Below are positions 8,621 through 18,350 of a stretch of DNA of 59,420 nucleotides, in pieces. The notes below the pieces were generated by a model. That model saw only the letters and a program-made list of their open reading frames with translations. It made no database searches and had not been told where the DNA came from. How positions within the stretch are numbered: the stretch's first letter is position 1; every line of letters begins with the position of its first letter. The stretch lies in contig VXTU01000140.1 in assembly GCA_009837285.1 (NCBI GenBank), forward strand, positions 1 through 59,420, read 5' to 3'. Source of the stretch: Chloroflexota bacterium (GTDB lineage Bacteria > Chloroflexota > Dehalococcoidia > UBA2979). Both the position numbers and the translations under genes were made by a program.

Positions 8621-11290
8621 CTACGCCCCGCCGAGGCGATCCCGCGCCGCCTGGCGCGCCACATCGAGCGCTTCGTCCAGTCGCGACGCATCGCGGCCGC
8701 CCGCCTGGGCCATCACGGGGCGGCCGCCGCCGCCACCACCGACGACTGCGCCGGCCTCCTTCACCACCTCGTCGGCGCGCAGACCGCGCTCGGCCACGTC
8801 ATCGGTGGCGAGCGCGAGCAACACCGGACGGTCGTTGAGCACGGCAGCGAGCATCACGAACGCGCTGTCCAGGCGCTCGCGCAGGCGGTCGCCCATGCCG
8901 CGCAGGGCGTCCTGTGACTCCGCCTCCACGCGCGCCACGACGACGCTCACGCCGTCGATCTCCTCAGCCTGCCCCGCAAGGTCGTCTGCCGCGCCGAGCG
9001 AGCGGCTCGCGGACTGCTGGCGCGCCCGGCGGCGCTCCTCCGCCAGCTGCTCCTCGAGGCCGTCGATGCGCGCGCCCAGCTCCTCGGGGGGCGCCTTGAA
9101 GCGCTGCGACAGCTCGGTCACGAGGTCCAGGCGCTCCTCGATGTACTGCTCGGCCTCCGGCCCGCTCAGCGCCTCGATGCGTCGCAGCCCCGCGCCGATG
9201 CTGGAGTCGGCGACGATCACGAAGTTGCCCAGCGCGCCCGTCGAATGAAGATGCGTGCCGCCGCACAGCTCGCGGCTGAAGCACTCTGGCGTGTGCTCGT
9301 GGCCGTGTCCGCGCGCCACGCAGTACTCGACCATCCGCACGTCCGCCGAGTAGCGGTCCTCGAAGAACGCGATGGCGCCGCGGTCGATCGCCTCCTCGTA
9401 CGGCAGGATGAACGTCTCCTGCGCGATGTCCTCACGCACCTTCGCGTTGACGATGCGCTGCGCCTCGCGCAGCTCGTCCGCCGAGGGCGCCTGGGGGTGC
9501 GAGTAGTCGAAGCGCAGCCGGTCGGGCGCGACCAGCGAGCCGGCCTGGCGGACGTGCTGGCCGAGCACCTGGCGGAGTGCGGCGTGCAGCAGATGCGTCG
9601 CTGTGTGGTTGCGGCGACAGCCCGCGCGCCACGTCGCGTCGACGCGCGCCTCGGCGGCCTCGCCGACCGCGATCGCGCCGTCGGCGACCTCGCCGCGATG
9701 CACGATCGCCCCGCCCAGCTCCTGCGTGTCCTCGACCACGAAGCGGCCCGATGGCGTCACGATCTCGCCGCGGTCGCCGACCTGCCCGCCGCTCTCCGCG
9801 TAGAACGACGTGCGCGGCAGCACCACCTCGCCGCCCTGCCCGGCCTCTAGCCGGTCCACAGCGTTCCCGTCGGCGACGATGGCGGCAACGACCGACTCGG
9901 TCGTGAGTGCGTCGTAGCCCACGAACTCGCTCGCGATGCCGAGGTCGGCATAGCGGCCCGCATCCTCGTCGCCATAGACGGCGAATGTGCCCTCGCCCTT
10001 GGAGCGCTCTCGCTGCGCCTCCATCTCGGCGTCGAAACCCTCCTGGTCGACCTCGTAGCCCCGTGCGGCGGCGACCTCGACGGTGAGCTCGGGCGGCAGG
10101 CCGTGCGTGTCGTAGAGGACGAACATGTCGCGGCCGGGTACACGGCGGCTCGCCGCCTCGCGCTCGATGACCTGCTCCAGCAGCTCGAGGCCGCGGGCGA
10201 GCGTGCCCTGGAAGCGTCGCTCCTCCTCGGCGATGACACCGGCGATGAAGTCGTGGTGCTCGCCGAGCGCGGGGTGCGCCGCCCGGGATGCCTCGATCGC
10301 CGCGTCGACCACGCCGCCGAGGAATGCGTCGCGCACGCCGAGCATGTGGCCGAAGTAGACGGCTCGGCGCAGCACCCGACGCAGCACGTAGCCGCGCCCC
10401 TCGTTGCCCGGCAGCACGCCGTCCTCGATCAGGAACGCAGCGGCACGCGTGTGCTCGGTGATGACGCGCAGGGCGCGGGCCTCCTCGGCCGCGCCGTCGG
10501 GGTCGTACGCGCGCCCGGTCGCCTCCTCGGCGGCGGCGAGGATGCCGCGCAGCTGGTCGGTCTCGTACGCGGAGCCCGCGTCCTGGAGCACCCACGCGAC
10601 GCGTTCGAGGCCGGCGCCCGTGTCGATGTTCTGCGCGGGCAGCGGCTCCATGGTCCCGTCCGGCTTGAGGTCGAACGCCATGAAGACCAGGTTCCAGATC
10701 TCGAGGAAGTTCCCGGAGTCGAGGTCCACCTGCCCGTCGGGCAGCTTCGGCTCGCCGGCGGCGTCGTCGCCGAAGTAGTAGTGCAGCTCGGAGCACGGGC
10801 CGCATGGCCCGGCCTCGCCCGAGTACCAGAAGTTCCCCTGCTCGGAGGTGTAGCGCAGGATGCGCTCGGCGGGGACGCCCTGCTCCAGCCACAGGTCGTG
10901 CGCCTCGTCGTCGTCGGTGTAGACCGTGATCCACAGCCGGCCAGGGTCGATGCCAAGCACCCCGGTGAGGAACTCCCACGCCTGGCCGATGGCGTCGGCC
11001 TTGAAGTAGTCGCCGAGCGAGAAGTTGCCGAGCATCTCGAAGAACGTGAGGTGCGACTCGTCGCCGACCTCCTCGATGTCAGTGGCGCGGAAGCACTTCT
11101 GGACCGAGGTCAGGCGGTTCGCTGGGGGCTGCTCGAGGCCGAGGAAGTACGGCTTGAACTGCACCATCCCGGCCGAGGTGAACAGCAGCGACGGGTCGCC
11201 GTAGGGGATCAGCGACGAGGACGGGATGCGGCGATGCCGACGCTCCTCGAAGTACTGGAGGAACGCCGCGCGGAGTTCTTCGACGGTCAA
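8621..11290 (-). CDS. alaS: Alanine--tRNA ligase
   Basis: FTSAGMVQFKPYF, KCFRATDIEEVG, the editing-domain motifs HTATHLLHAALR and CGGTHL, and a C-terminal DHHA1-like GGGGGG are present. The start codon is TTG at 11290. Confidence 0.97.
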   Translation of the reverse strand: MTVEELRAAFLQYFEERRHRRIPSSSLIPYGDPSLLFTSAGMVQFKPYFLGLEQPPANRLTSVQKCFRATDIEEVGDESHLTFFEMLGNFSLGDYFKADAIGQAWEFLTGVLGIDPGRLWITVYTDDDEAHDLWLEQGVPAERILRYTSEQGNFWYSGEAGPCGPCSELHYYFGDDAAGEPKLPDGQVDLDSGNFLEIWNLVFMAFDLKPDGTMEPLPAQNIDTGAGLERVAWVLQDAGSAYETDQLRGILAAAEEATGRAYDPDGAAEEARALRVITEHTRAAAFLIEDGVLPGNEGRGYVLRRVLRRAVYFGHMLGVRDAFLGGVVDAAIEASRAAHPALGEHHDFIAGVIAEEERRFQGTLARGLELLEQVIEREAASRRVPGRDMFVLYDTHGLPPELTVEVAAARGYEVDQEGFDAEMEAQRERSKGEGTFAVYGDEDAGRYADLGIASEFVGYDALTTESVVAAIVADGNAVDRLEAGQGGEVVLPRTSFYAESGGQVGDRGEIVTPSGRFVVEDTQELGGAIVHRGEVADGAIAVGEAAEARVDATWRAGCRRNHTATHLLHAALRQVLGQHVRQAGSLVAPDRLRFDYSHPQAPSADELREAQRIVNAKVREDIAQETFILPYEEAIDRGAIAFFEDRYSADVRMVEYCVARGHGHEHTPECFSRELCGGTHLHSTGALGNFVIVADSSIGAGLRRIEALSGPEAEQYIEERLDLVTELSQRFKAPPEELGARIDGLEEQLAEERRRARQQSASRSLGAADDLAGQAEEIDGVSVVVARVEAESQDALRGMGDRLRERLDSAFVMLAAVLNDRPVLLALATDDVAERGLRADEVVKEAGAVVGGGGGGRPVMAQAGGRDASRLDEALDVARQAARDRLGGA

Positions 11291-11363
11291 CCTGATGCCC
11301 TTGCTGCGGAGTCTGGCCGCTGTGGATCGAGGGCCTTCCAGTGGAGACAGGGCCGGGGGCGAG

Positions 11364-11371
11364 TGTAGAAT
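11364..11371 (+). promoter_or_regulatory. Candidate extended -10 element (TGTAGAAT) in the alaS/glmU divergent region
   Basis: TGTAGAAT is read directly, 66 nt upstream of the first glmU start candidate. No convincing -35 was seen. Confidence 0.3.
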
Positions 11372-11436
11372 GAGGCTCGGCAGGGGGTCAATTTCCGGAC
11401 CTCCGAAATCACACCGTACGGGCTCATGCCCGGCGG

Positions 11437-12954
11437 TTGCGGCCGTGGAGCGCCACGATCGACACCTCCGACACTCAGCCGTCCGCGGACAGCGACCAAC
11501 CTCCGTCGCCCAGCCGGCATACGTCGGCGCGCACGACGCACGTGCGCGCCACCGGGACCACCCCCGACCGGTCCGCCGATGGCTGGACGGCCATCGTGCT
11601 CGCCGCCGGGCGCGGCACGCGCATGCGCTCGCGCACCCCGAAGGTGCTGCACGCCGTCGCGGGCCGCCCGATGCTCCACCTGGTCCTCGACGCCCTCGCG
11701 GCGGCCGGCTTTGATCGCCGCGTCATCGTCGCAGCGGACGCCGACGACGACGTAGCCGAGGCCGGCCGTTCGCACGCCACTATCGCCGTCCAGGACGCAC
11801 CGCTTGGGACCGGCCACGCTGTGCTCGCTGCCCGTGAAGCTGTGGGCAGCGCCGAGCGTGTGCTCATCGTGAACGGCGACCTGCCGCTGCTGACCCCCGG
11901 CGCCCTCGCCACGCTCGCCGACGCGCACTGCGCCGAGCGGGCGGTGCTCTCGTTCCTCACCGTCGAGGTAGACGACCCGACCGGCTACGGCCGCATCGTG
12001 CGCGACGGCGAGGGCGATCGCATCGCCGGCATCGTCGAGGAGGCGGACACAGACGAGCAGACCCGCGCGATCCCTGAGGTCAACGCTGGGGTCTACACTG
12101 CCGAGGCCGCCTGGCTCTGGAGCGCCCTCGAGGCACTGGCGCCCGCGCCGAACGGCGAGATCTACCTCACCGACGCCGTCCGCACCGCCGTCTCCTCGGG
12201 CTGCCGCGTCCGCGCGCAGCGGCTGGCGGACGCGACCGAGGCGCAGCAGGTCAACACGCGGGCCGAGCTCGCCGCCGCCGACACGGCGATGCGCGACCGC
12301 ATCCGCGAGTCGCTCATGGCGAACGGCGTCACGCTCGTGGGCCTCGAGACGATTTATGTCGACGCAGGCGTCGAGGTCGGCGAGGACACGACGCTGCTCC
12401 CCGGCACGCACCTCATGGGTGACACCGTCGTCGGCCGCGAGTGCGAGATCGGCCCCAACGCCGTGCTGCGCGACATGCGCGTCGGCGACCGGTGCACCAT
12501 CGGCGGCTCGACGCTGGAAGGCTCGACGGTGGCGGACGGCGTCGACATCGGCGCGTACTGCCGCGTGCGCCCCGGCTCGGTGATCGAGGCGGACGTGCAC
12601 CTCGGGACGTACGCCGAGGTGAAGGCGTCCCGCATCGGCGCGCGCACACAGATCGGGCACTTCTCCTACACGGGCGACGCCGACGTGGGAGAGGACGTGA
12701 ACATCGGCGCAGGCGCCATCACCGCCAACTACGACGGCACGTCGAAGCACCGCACCGAGATCGGCGACGGCGCGTTCATCGGCAGCGACACGATGATGAT
12801 CGCGCCGGTCCGCGTCGGCGCGGGAGCACGCACCGCCGCGGGCGCCGTCGTCACGCACGACGTACCGGACGGCGCACAGGTCATCGGCGCCCCGGCCCGC
12901 ATCCGCGATGCCGAGGGCGACACCACGGAATCACGACAGCGAGAGGAGCAATAG
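11437..12954 (+). CDS. glmU: Bifunctional UDP-N-acetylglucosamine pyrophosphorylase / glucosamine-1-phosphate N-acetyltransferase
   Basis: LAAGRGTRMRS and NGDLPLL are present, followed by a C-terminal left-handed beta-helix of hexapeptide repeats. The start is uncertain (TTG 11437 or GTG 11542). Confidence 0.92.
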   Translation: MRPWSATIDTSDTQPSADSDQPPSPSRHTSARTTHVRATGTTPDRSADGWTAIVLAAGRGTRMRSRTPKVLHAVAGRPMLHLVLDALAAAGFDRRVIVAADADDDVAEAGRSHATIAVQDAPLGTGHAVLAAREAVGSAERVLIVNGDLPLLTPGALATLADAHCAERAVLSFLTVEVDDPTGYGRIVRDGEGDRIAGIVEEADTDEQTRAIPEVNAGVYTAEAAWLWSALEALAPAPNGEIYLTDAVRTAVSSGCRVRAQRLADATEAQQVNTRAELAAADTAMRDRIRESLMANGVTLVGLETIYVDAGVEVGEDTTLLPGTHLMGDTVVGRECEIGPNAVLRDMRVGDRCTIGGSTLEGSTVADGVDIGAYCRVRPGSVIEADVHLGTYAEVKASRIGARTQIGHFSYTGDADVGEDVNIGAGAITANYDGTSKHRTEIGDGAFIGSDTMMIAPVRVGAGARTAAGAVVTHDVPDGAQVIGAPARIRDAEGDTTESRQREEQ

Positions 12955-12976
12955 GGCCGCCCCCGGTCCTGCAGGT

Positions 12977-14260
12977 TTGAGTACCGACGCAATCATCGGC
13001 CTGGTCGTCGCGGTCGCCGCGGGCGCCATGCTGCTACTCGTCTCGGCAGCCGAGGGAGGTGTGACGGCCATCAGCCGCCGCCGCACCCGCGCACACGCAG
13101 GCAACGGCGTCGCCGGGCTGCTCGACAGCTACATCCGGCAGCGCCAGCGCCTGTTGCGCGCGCTCAGCGCCGCCGCAACATTCGCAACCGTCGCGCTGAC
13201 GCTCGGCCTCACCGTGCTGTTCCTGAACGGCCGCGAGGTCGGAGTCGCGGCGGCCGTGGTTGCCGGCCTCGCAGTGCTGATCGTCGCCGGCGTGCTCCGG
13301 GAGAACGCACGCGCCATCGCGCTCGTGAGCCCGGAGACCACCGGGCTACGGCTCGCCAGCATCATCGCGGTGCTGCACCTGGCCCTCGAACCCCTCGCGT
13401 GGCTCCTCAGCACGCCATCGCGTGGCCTGCTCCGGCTCGTCGGCCGTAGCCCCGAGATCGCCGACGAGGACCCGGCCAGCGAGCTCCTCGGCGTCCTCGA
13501 AGCGCCCGCGGACCCGGAGGCGCAGGAGTCGCTCTCCGAGGAGCGCCGCATGATGCGCGGCATCCTCGACATGTCCGACCAGACCGTGCGCGAGGTGATG
13601 TCCCCTCGGATCGACATCGTCGCCGTCTCCGTGGACGCCTCGATAGGCGACGTGATGAAGCTGATCATCAGCTCCGGCTTCAGCCGTATCCCGCTCTACG
13701 AGGAGACCATCGACCGGATCGTCGGCGTCATCTACGCCAAGGACCTGCTCGCCTACCTGCAGACCGGAGCGGCGACACCGAGCCTGGAGAACATCGCTCG
13801 CCCGCCCTACTTCGTGCCCGAGACCAAGCGCGCCGACCAGCTCCTCGCGGACCTCCGCCGCGACCAGACCCACGTCGCCATCGTCGTCGACGAGTACGGC
13901 GGCACGGCGGGCGTGGTCACGGTCGAGGACGTGCTTGAGGAGATCGTCGGCGAGATCGTCGACGAGTACGACACCGACGAGGTGGAGGTCGAGCGCGTTT
14001 CCGCCGACGAGGCCATCGTTGACGCGCGCCTCGCGATCGACGACCTCAACGAGATGTTCGGCTCGGACATCGAGAACGAGGACTTCGACACCGTCGGCGG
14101 CCTCGTGTTCTCGCTGCTTGGGCGCCTCGCTACGCCGGGAGACCGGGTCGAAAGCGACGAACACGGGCTGGCGCTCCAGGTGCTGTCCGTGCAGGGCCGA
14201 CGCATCCGCCGCGTGCGGATATCGAGCCTGAATGCGGCAAGCGAGGCGGCCGCGGTCTGA
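12977..14260 (+). CDS. CNNM/HlyC-CorC family transporter (DUF21 + CBS pair + CorC_HlyC)
   Basis: There is an N-terminal multi-TM region, a CBS pair (VREVMSPRIDIV..., IPLYEETIDRIVGVIYAKDLL), VVDEYGGTAGVVTVEDVLEEIVGEI and a CorC C-terminal domain. The start is set at TTG 12977, just after the glmU stop. The track start at 12908 would overlap glmU. Confidence 0.85.
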   Translation: MSTDAIIGLVVAVAAGAMLLLVSAAEGGVTAISRRRTRAHAGNGVAGLLDSYIRQRQRLLRALSAAATFATVALTLGLTVLFLNGREVGVAAAVVAGLAVLIVAGVLRENARAIALVSPETTGLRLASIIAVLHLALEPLAWLLSTPSRGLLRLVGRSPEIADEDPASELLGVLEAPADPEAQESLSEERRMMRGILDMSDQTVREVMSPRIDIVAVSVDASIGDVMKLIISSGFSRIPLYEETIDRIVGVIYAKDLLAYLQTGAATPSLENIARPPYFVPETKRADQLLADLRRDQTHVAIVVDEYGGTAGVVTVEDVLEEIVGEIVDEYDTDEVEVERVSADEAIVDARLAIDDLNEMFGSDIENEDFDTVGGLVFSLLGRLATPGDRVESDEHGLALQVLSVQGRRIRRVRISSLNAASEAAAV

Positions 14261-14292
14261 CGCTCCGGGCCGCCTCAACGGGCGCCGAGCAC

Positions 14293-14320
14293 TTGCCTTC
14301 TTGCGAACGCCTGCTACGCT
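14293..14320 (+). promoter_or_regulatory. Candidate sigma-70-type promoter for dprA, possibly producing a leaderless mRNA
   Basis: The -35-like TTGCCT is at 14293..14298. After a 16-nt spacer, TGCTACGCT provides an extended -10 ending at 14320, which is 7 nt before the in-frame GTG at 14328. Confidence 0.35.
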
Positions 14321-14327
14321 TGTGCCC

Positions 14328-15503
14328 GTGGACGACGTACGAACAAATGAGCTTCCTTACTGGGTCGGCCTGCACCGTATCAGCCGCCTCGGCGCGGCGC
14401 GCTTCGCGCTCCTCGAAGCCGCCTTCGACTCCATGGAGGAGGCCTGGTATGCCGGGGCCGAGGAGCTCGTAGCCGCCGGTCTGGACTCCCGCACCGCCGA
14501 GGAGGTCGTTCGGCGGCGCCCCGAGATCGATGTGCGAGTGGAGTGCGAACGCCTGGCCGAGGCCGGGGTGCGCGCGCTGCATCGTCCGCACCCCGCCTAC
14601 CCTGCCCGCCTCCGCGAGATCGACGACGCGCCGCCCGTCATCTACATACGCGGCTCGTGGGAGGCGCAGGACGAGTGGTCCGTCTCGGTCGTCGGCACGC
14701 GGCGAGCCACCGCCTATGGCCGCGAGGCCGCCGACGAGCTCGCGCGTGGCCTCGCCGTGCACGGTGTGACGGTGGTGTCCGGCCTCGCGCGCGGCGTCGA
14801 CACCATCGCCCACCGGGCCGCCCTCGATGCCGGTGGGCGCACGGTCGCCGTGCTCGCGAACGGGCTCGACACCATCTACCCACCGGAGAACCGCGGCCTC
14901 GCCGCCGAGATTGCCGAGCGCGGCGCGCTCATCACCGACTACCCGCTCGGGACCAAGCCGCGCGCCGAGTTCTTCCCTCGCCGCAACCGGATTATGTCGG
15001 GATTGTCGCTCGGAACGCTCATCGTCGAGGGCGACGTGAAGAGCGGCGCAATGATCACGGCGCGTCTCGCGGGAGAGCAGAACCGAGAGGTCTTCGCCGT
15101 CCCCGGCTCGATCTTCTCCCCGCAGTCGCGCGGGCCGCTGTCGCTGCTGCGCGACGGCGCGACCCCGGTGACGGGCGTCGAGGATGTCCTCGAAGCGCTG
15201 AACCTGACAATGATCGGCGCGCAGATGGACTTCGGCCGGGCGGCGCCCGCGACCACGCCCGCGGAGCAGTCGCTGATGGACGAATTGACCCGCGAGCCGA
15301 GGCACATCGACGAGGTCGCGCGGGGGGCGGGTTTGGCGGCAGCCGAGGTGTCGGCTACGCTCGCACTGCTGGAATTGAAGGGTCTGGTGCGCGATGTCGG
15401 GGGCATGCACTACGTGCGAGTCCGCGAGTTACCGGCGCAATATGACCCGGACACGGGGGCGGAACCGGCCGCCGAACAGGCCGAGGAAAGCGAACTGCGT
15501 TGA
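14328..15503 (+). CDS. dprA: DNA-processing protein DprA (Smf)
   Basis: VSGLARGVDTIAHRAAL and GTKPRAEFFPRRNRIMSGLS are present, with a C-terminal winged-helix-like tail. The start is GTG 14328 (or 14322). Confidence 0.9.
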   Translation: MDDVRTNELPYWVGLHRISRLGAARFALLEAAFDSMEEAWYAGAEELVAAGLDSRTAEEVVRRRPEIDVRVECERLAEAGVRALHRPHPAYPARLREIDDAPPVIYIRGSWEAQDEWSVSVVGTRRATAYGREAADELARGLAVHGVTVVSGLARGVDTIAHRAALDAGGRTVAVLANGLDTIYPPENRGLAAEIAERGALITDYPLGTKPRAEFFPRRNRIMSGLSLGTLIVEGDVKSGAMITARLAGEQNREVFAVPGSIFSPQSRGPLSLLRDGATPVTGVEDVLEALNLTMIGAQMDFGRAAPATTPAEQSLMDELTREPRHIDEVARGAGLAAAEVSATLALLELKGLVRDVGGMHYVRVRELPAQYDPDTGAEPAAEQAEESELR

Positions 15504-18289
15504 CCACTGACGCCGCCACACGGCGGGGCCGAAACGGCGAGGGCTCCCGCCTCGTCATCGTCGAGTCGCCCGCGAAGGCGCGCACCATCGAGCGCTTCCT
15601 GAACCGCGCGGACACGGGCCCGGAATGGGTCGTCGAGTCCTCGATCGGCCACATCCGCGACCTGCCGGAGCGCGCCGCGCAGGCGCCCGACGAAGTGAAG
15701 GCGCTGGCCAAGGAGCGCAACGAGCCGTGGTTCCGGCTCGCCGCGGGCGTCGAGCGCGACTTCGAGCCGCTCTACATCATCCCCGCCGACAAGCGGCAGC
15801 AGGTCACCAAGCTCCGCAAGCTCTCCCGCGACGCCAGCGAGATATACCTCGCGACGGACGAGGACCGTGAGGGCGAGGCGATCGCCTGGCACCTCAAGGA
15901 GGTGCTCAAGCCGCGCGTGCCGGTGCGCCGCATGGTCTTCCACGAGATCACCGAGCAGGCCATCCAGGAAGCCCTCGACCACCCGCGCGAAATCGACGAC
16001 GACCTCGTCTCCGCGCAGGAGGCGCGACGCGTCCTCGACTACCTCTACGGCTACGAGGTCTCGCCGGTGCTGTGGAAGAAGGTCCGCCCCCGGCTCTCCG
16101 CCGGCCGCGTGCAGTCCGTCGCCATCCGGCTGATCGTCGAGCGCGAGCGGGAGCGCATGCGCTTCGTCAGCTCGTCGTTCTGGGACGTACGCTCGCTCGT
16201 CCGCAGCGACGAGGGCGGCGCGCCGCCGGACCCGTTCGCCGCGCGACTCGTCGAGCTCGACGGCTCGCGCGTTGCCACCGGGCGGGACTTCGACGCCGAG
16301 ACAGGCCAGCTCTCCGCGCGCGGCAACGTCGTGCAGCTCGGCGAGGAGCGCGCGACGGCCGTCGCGAGCGCGGTGGCCGAGGCCGACTACACGGTCGCCG
16401 AGGTCAACGAGCGCCCCTACACGCAGCGGCCGCCCGCGCCGTTCATCACGTCGAGCCTGCAACAGGAGGCGGCGCGCAAGCTCCGTTTCACCGCGCAGCG
16501 CACGATGGGCGTGGCGCAGAACCTCTACCAGAACGGCTACATCACCTACATGCGGACGGACTCGACGAACCTGTCCCAGCAGGCGCTGAATGCCGCCCGC
16601 CGCCAGGCGAGCGACCTCTACGGCCCCGAGTACGTCCCCGACAAGCCTCGCTTCTACCGGGCCCGTGCGAAGGGCGCCCAGGAGGCGCACGAGGCGATCC
16701 GGCCCGCGGGTGACATCTTCCGCACGCCGGACAGCCTGCGAGGCGAGCTCAGCTCGGACGAGGCGCGCCTGTACGACCTGATCTGGAAGCGCACCGTCGC
16801 CTCGCAGATGAAGGACGCGAGCGGGCTGCGCACGAACGCGCGCCTCGAGGCCGCCGCGGGCTCGGACGGCAAGGCCGCCTTCTCCGTCTCCGGCAAGGTC
16901 ATCACGTTCCCCGGCTTCCTCCGCGCATACGTGGAGGGCTCCGACGACCCGGACGCCGAGCTCGAGGACCAGGAGCGCATCCTCCCGCCGCTCCGCGAAG
17001 GCCAGGTGCTGCGCGGCGTCTCCGCCGAGGCCGAGGGCCACGAGACGCGGCCGCCCGCCCGCTACACCGAGGCGAGCCTGGTGCGCGAGCTGGAGCAGCG
17101 CGGCATCGGCCGCCCCTCGACGTACGCGACGATCCTCCAGAAGGTGCAGGAGCGCGACTACGTCTGGAAGAACGGCACGGCGCTCACGCCCACGCTTACC
17201 GCGTTCGCCGTCGTGAATCTGCTGGAGCAGCACTTCCCGAACCACGTCGACTTCGACTTCACCGCGCGCATGGAGGGCGACCTCGACCGCGTCGCCGAGG
17301 GCGACATGGAGGCGCAGCCGTGGCTGCGACGCTTCTACTTCGGCAACGACGAGATGCCCTCGATCGACCCGTCCGACGGCGGGCTCGTACAGCTCATCGA
17401 GTCGGCGCTGGAGGAGACCGATGCGCGAGCGATCTCCTCGATCCCGCTGGGCGAGGACTCAGATGGCAACACAGTCGTGGCGCGCGTCGGTCGCTACGGC
17501 GCCTACGTGCAGCTCGGCGACGACGGGGCACGCGCCTCGCTCTCCGACGACCTCCCACCCGACGAGCTGACGCTCGATCACGCGCTCTCGCTGCTGGCCG
17601 AGGCGGCGCTCGGTGACCGCGTCGTGATGCAGGACGAGGCGAGCGGGCGGTCCGTGTACGTGAAGAGCGGCCCCAACGGCCCGTACGTGCAGGTCGGCGA
17701 GAACGACGACGACAAGGGCAGGCCGAAACGCGCCAGCCTCTGGCCCGGAATGACGATCGAGTCGCTCACGCCCGAGCAGGCCACCGAGTTGCTCTCGTAC
17801 CCGCGTGCGCTTGGCGCGCACCCGGAGTCCGGCGACGAGATCGTCGTGCAGGACGGCCGCTACGGCCCGTACGTCAAGGCCGGCAAGGAGACGCGCAGCC
17901 TCCGCGACCACGAGCACTTGCGTGGTATCGACCTCGACGAGGCGGTCGCGCTGCTCGCCGCGCCGAAGCGGCGCGGACGCGCGGCGCAGGCCGCACTCGC
18001 CACGCTCGGCAAGCACCCGGACAGCGCTGCACCCATCGAGGTACGCAGCGGCCGCTGGGGCCCGTACGTGACCGACGGCACCGTGAACGCCTCGCTTCCG
18101 CGCGGCCGCGACCCGTCGACCGTCACGCTCGACGAGGCGGTGGACCTCATCGCCGCGCGCGAGGCGCGCCTGCGCGAGCAGGGCAAGGACCCGCGCGCAC
18201 CGAAGCCCGCGCGCGGCCGTTCGAGAGGCGGATCCGGCAGCCGGTCGCGCTCGACGGGCGGCCGCGGGAGACGACGCCGCTCCGCCTGA
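15500..18289 (+). CDS. topA: DNA topoisomerase I
   Basis: TOPRIM LVIVESPAKARTIERFL, DEDREGEAIAWH and the active-site motif YITYMRTDS are present. Four C-terminal GRYGPYV-type repeats and a basic tail follow. The TTG start overlaps the dprA stop (TTGA). Confidence 0.97.
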   Translation: MTTDAATRRGRNGEGSRLVIVESPAKARTIERFLNRADTGPEWVVESSIGHIRDLPERAAQAPDEVKALAKERNEPWFRLAAGVERDFEPLYIIPADKRQQVTKLRKLSRDASEIYLATDEDREGEAIAWHLKEVLKPRVPVRRMVFHEITEQAIQEALDHPREIDDDLVSAQEARRVLDYLYGYEVSPVLWKKVRPRLSAGRVQSVAIRLIVERERERMRFVSSSFWDVRSLVRSDEGGAPPDPFAARLVELDGSRVATGRDFDAETGQLSARGNVVQLGEERATAVASAVAEADYTVAEVNERPYTQRPPAPFITSSLQQEAARKLRFTAQRTMGVAQNLYQNGYITYMRTDSTNLSQQALNAARRQASDLYGPEYVPDKPRFYRARAKGAQEAHEAIRPAGDIFRTPDSLRGELSSDEARLYDLIWKRTVASQMKDASGLRTNARLEAAAGSDGKAAFSVSGKVITFPGFLRAYVEGSDDPDAELEDQERILPPLREGQVLRGVSAEAEGHETRPPARYTEASLVRELEQRGIGRPSTYATILQKVQERDYVWKNGTALTPTLTAFAVVNLLEQHFPNHVDFDFTARMEGDLDRVAEGDMEAQPWLRRFYFGNDEMPSIDPSDGGLVQLIESALEETDARAISSIPLGEDSDGNTVVARVGRYGAYVQLGDDGARASLSDDLPPDELTLDHALSLLAEAALGDRVVMQDEASGRSVYVKSGPNGPYVQVGENDDDKGRPKRASLWPGMTIESLTPEQATELLSYPRALGAHPESGDEIVVQDGRYGPYVKAGKETRSLRDHEHLRGIDLDEAVALLAAPKRRGRAAQAALATLGKHPDSAAPIEVRSGRWGPYVTDGTVNASLPRGRDPSTVTLDEAVDLIAAREARLREQGKDPRAPKPARGRSRGGSGSRSRSTGGRGRRRRSA

Positions 18290-18350
18290 CGCACGCCCTC
18301 CGGGCTCCGCGTGCTACGCTCGACATTGGCGGGGGGATGGGTGGACGCCC

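Noticed and set aside
11291-11436. T-box leader upstream of alaS, or a structured leader for glmU.
   Set aside because: The conserved T-box sequence (GGTGGTACCGCG-like) is absent on the alaS strand. Only an imperfect short inverted repeat (ATTTCCGGA/TCCGAAAT) and a candidate -10 were seen.
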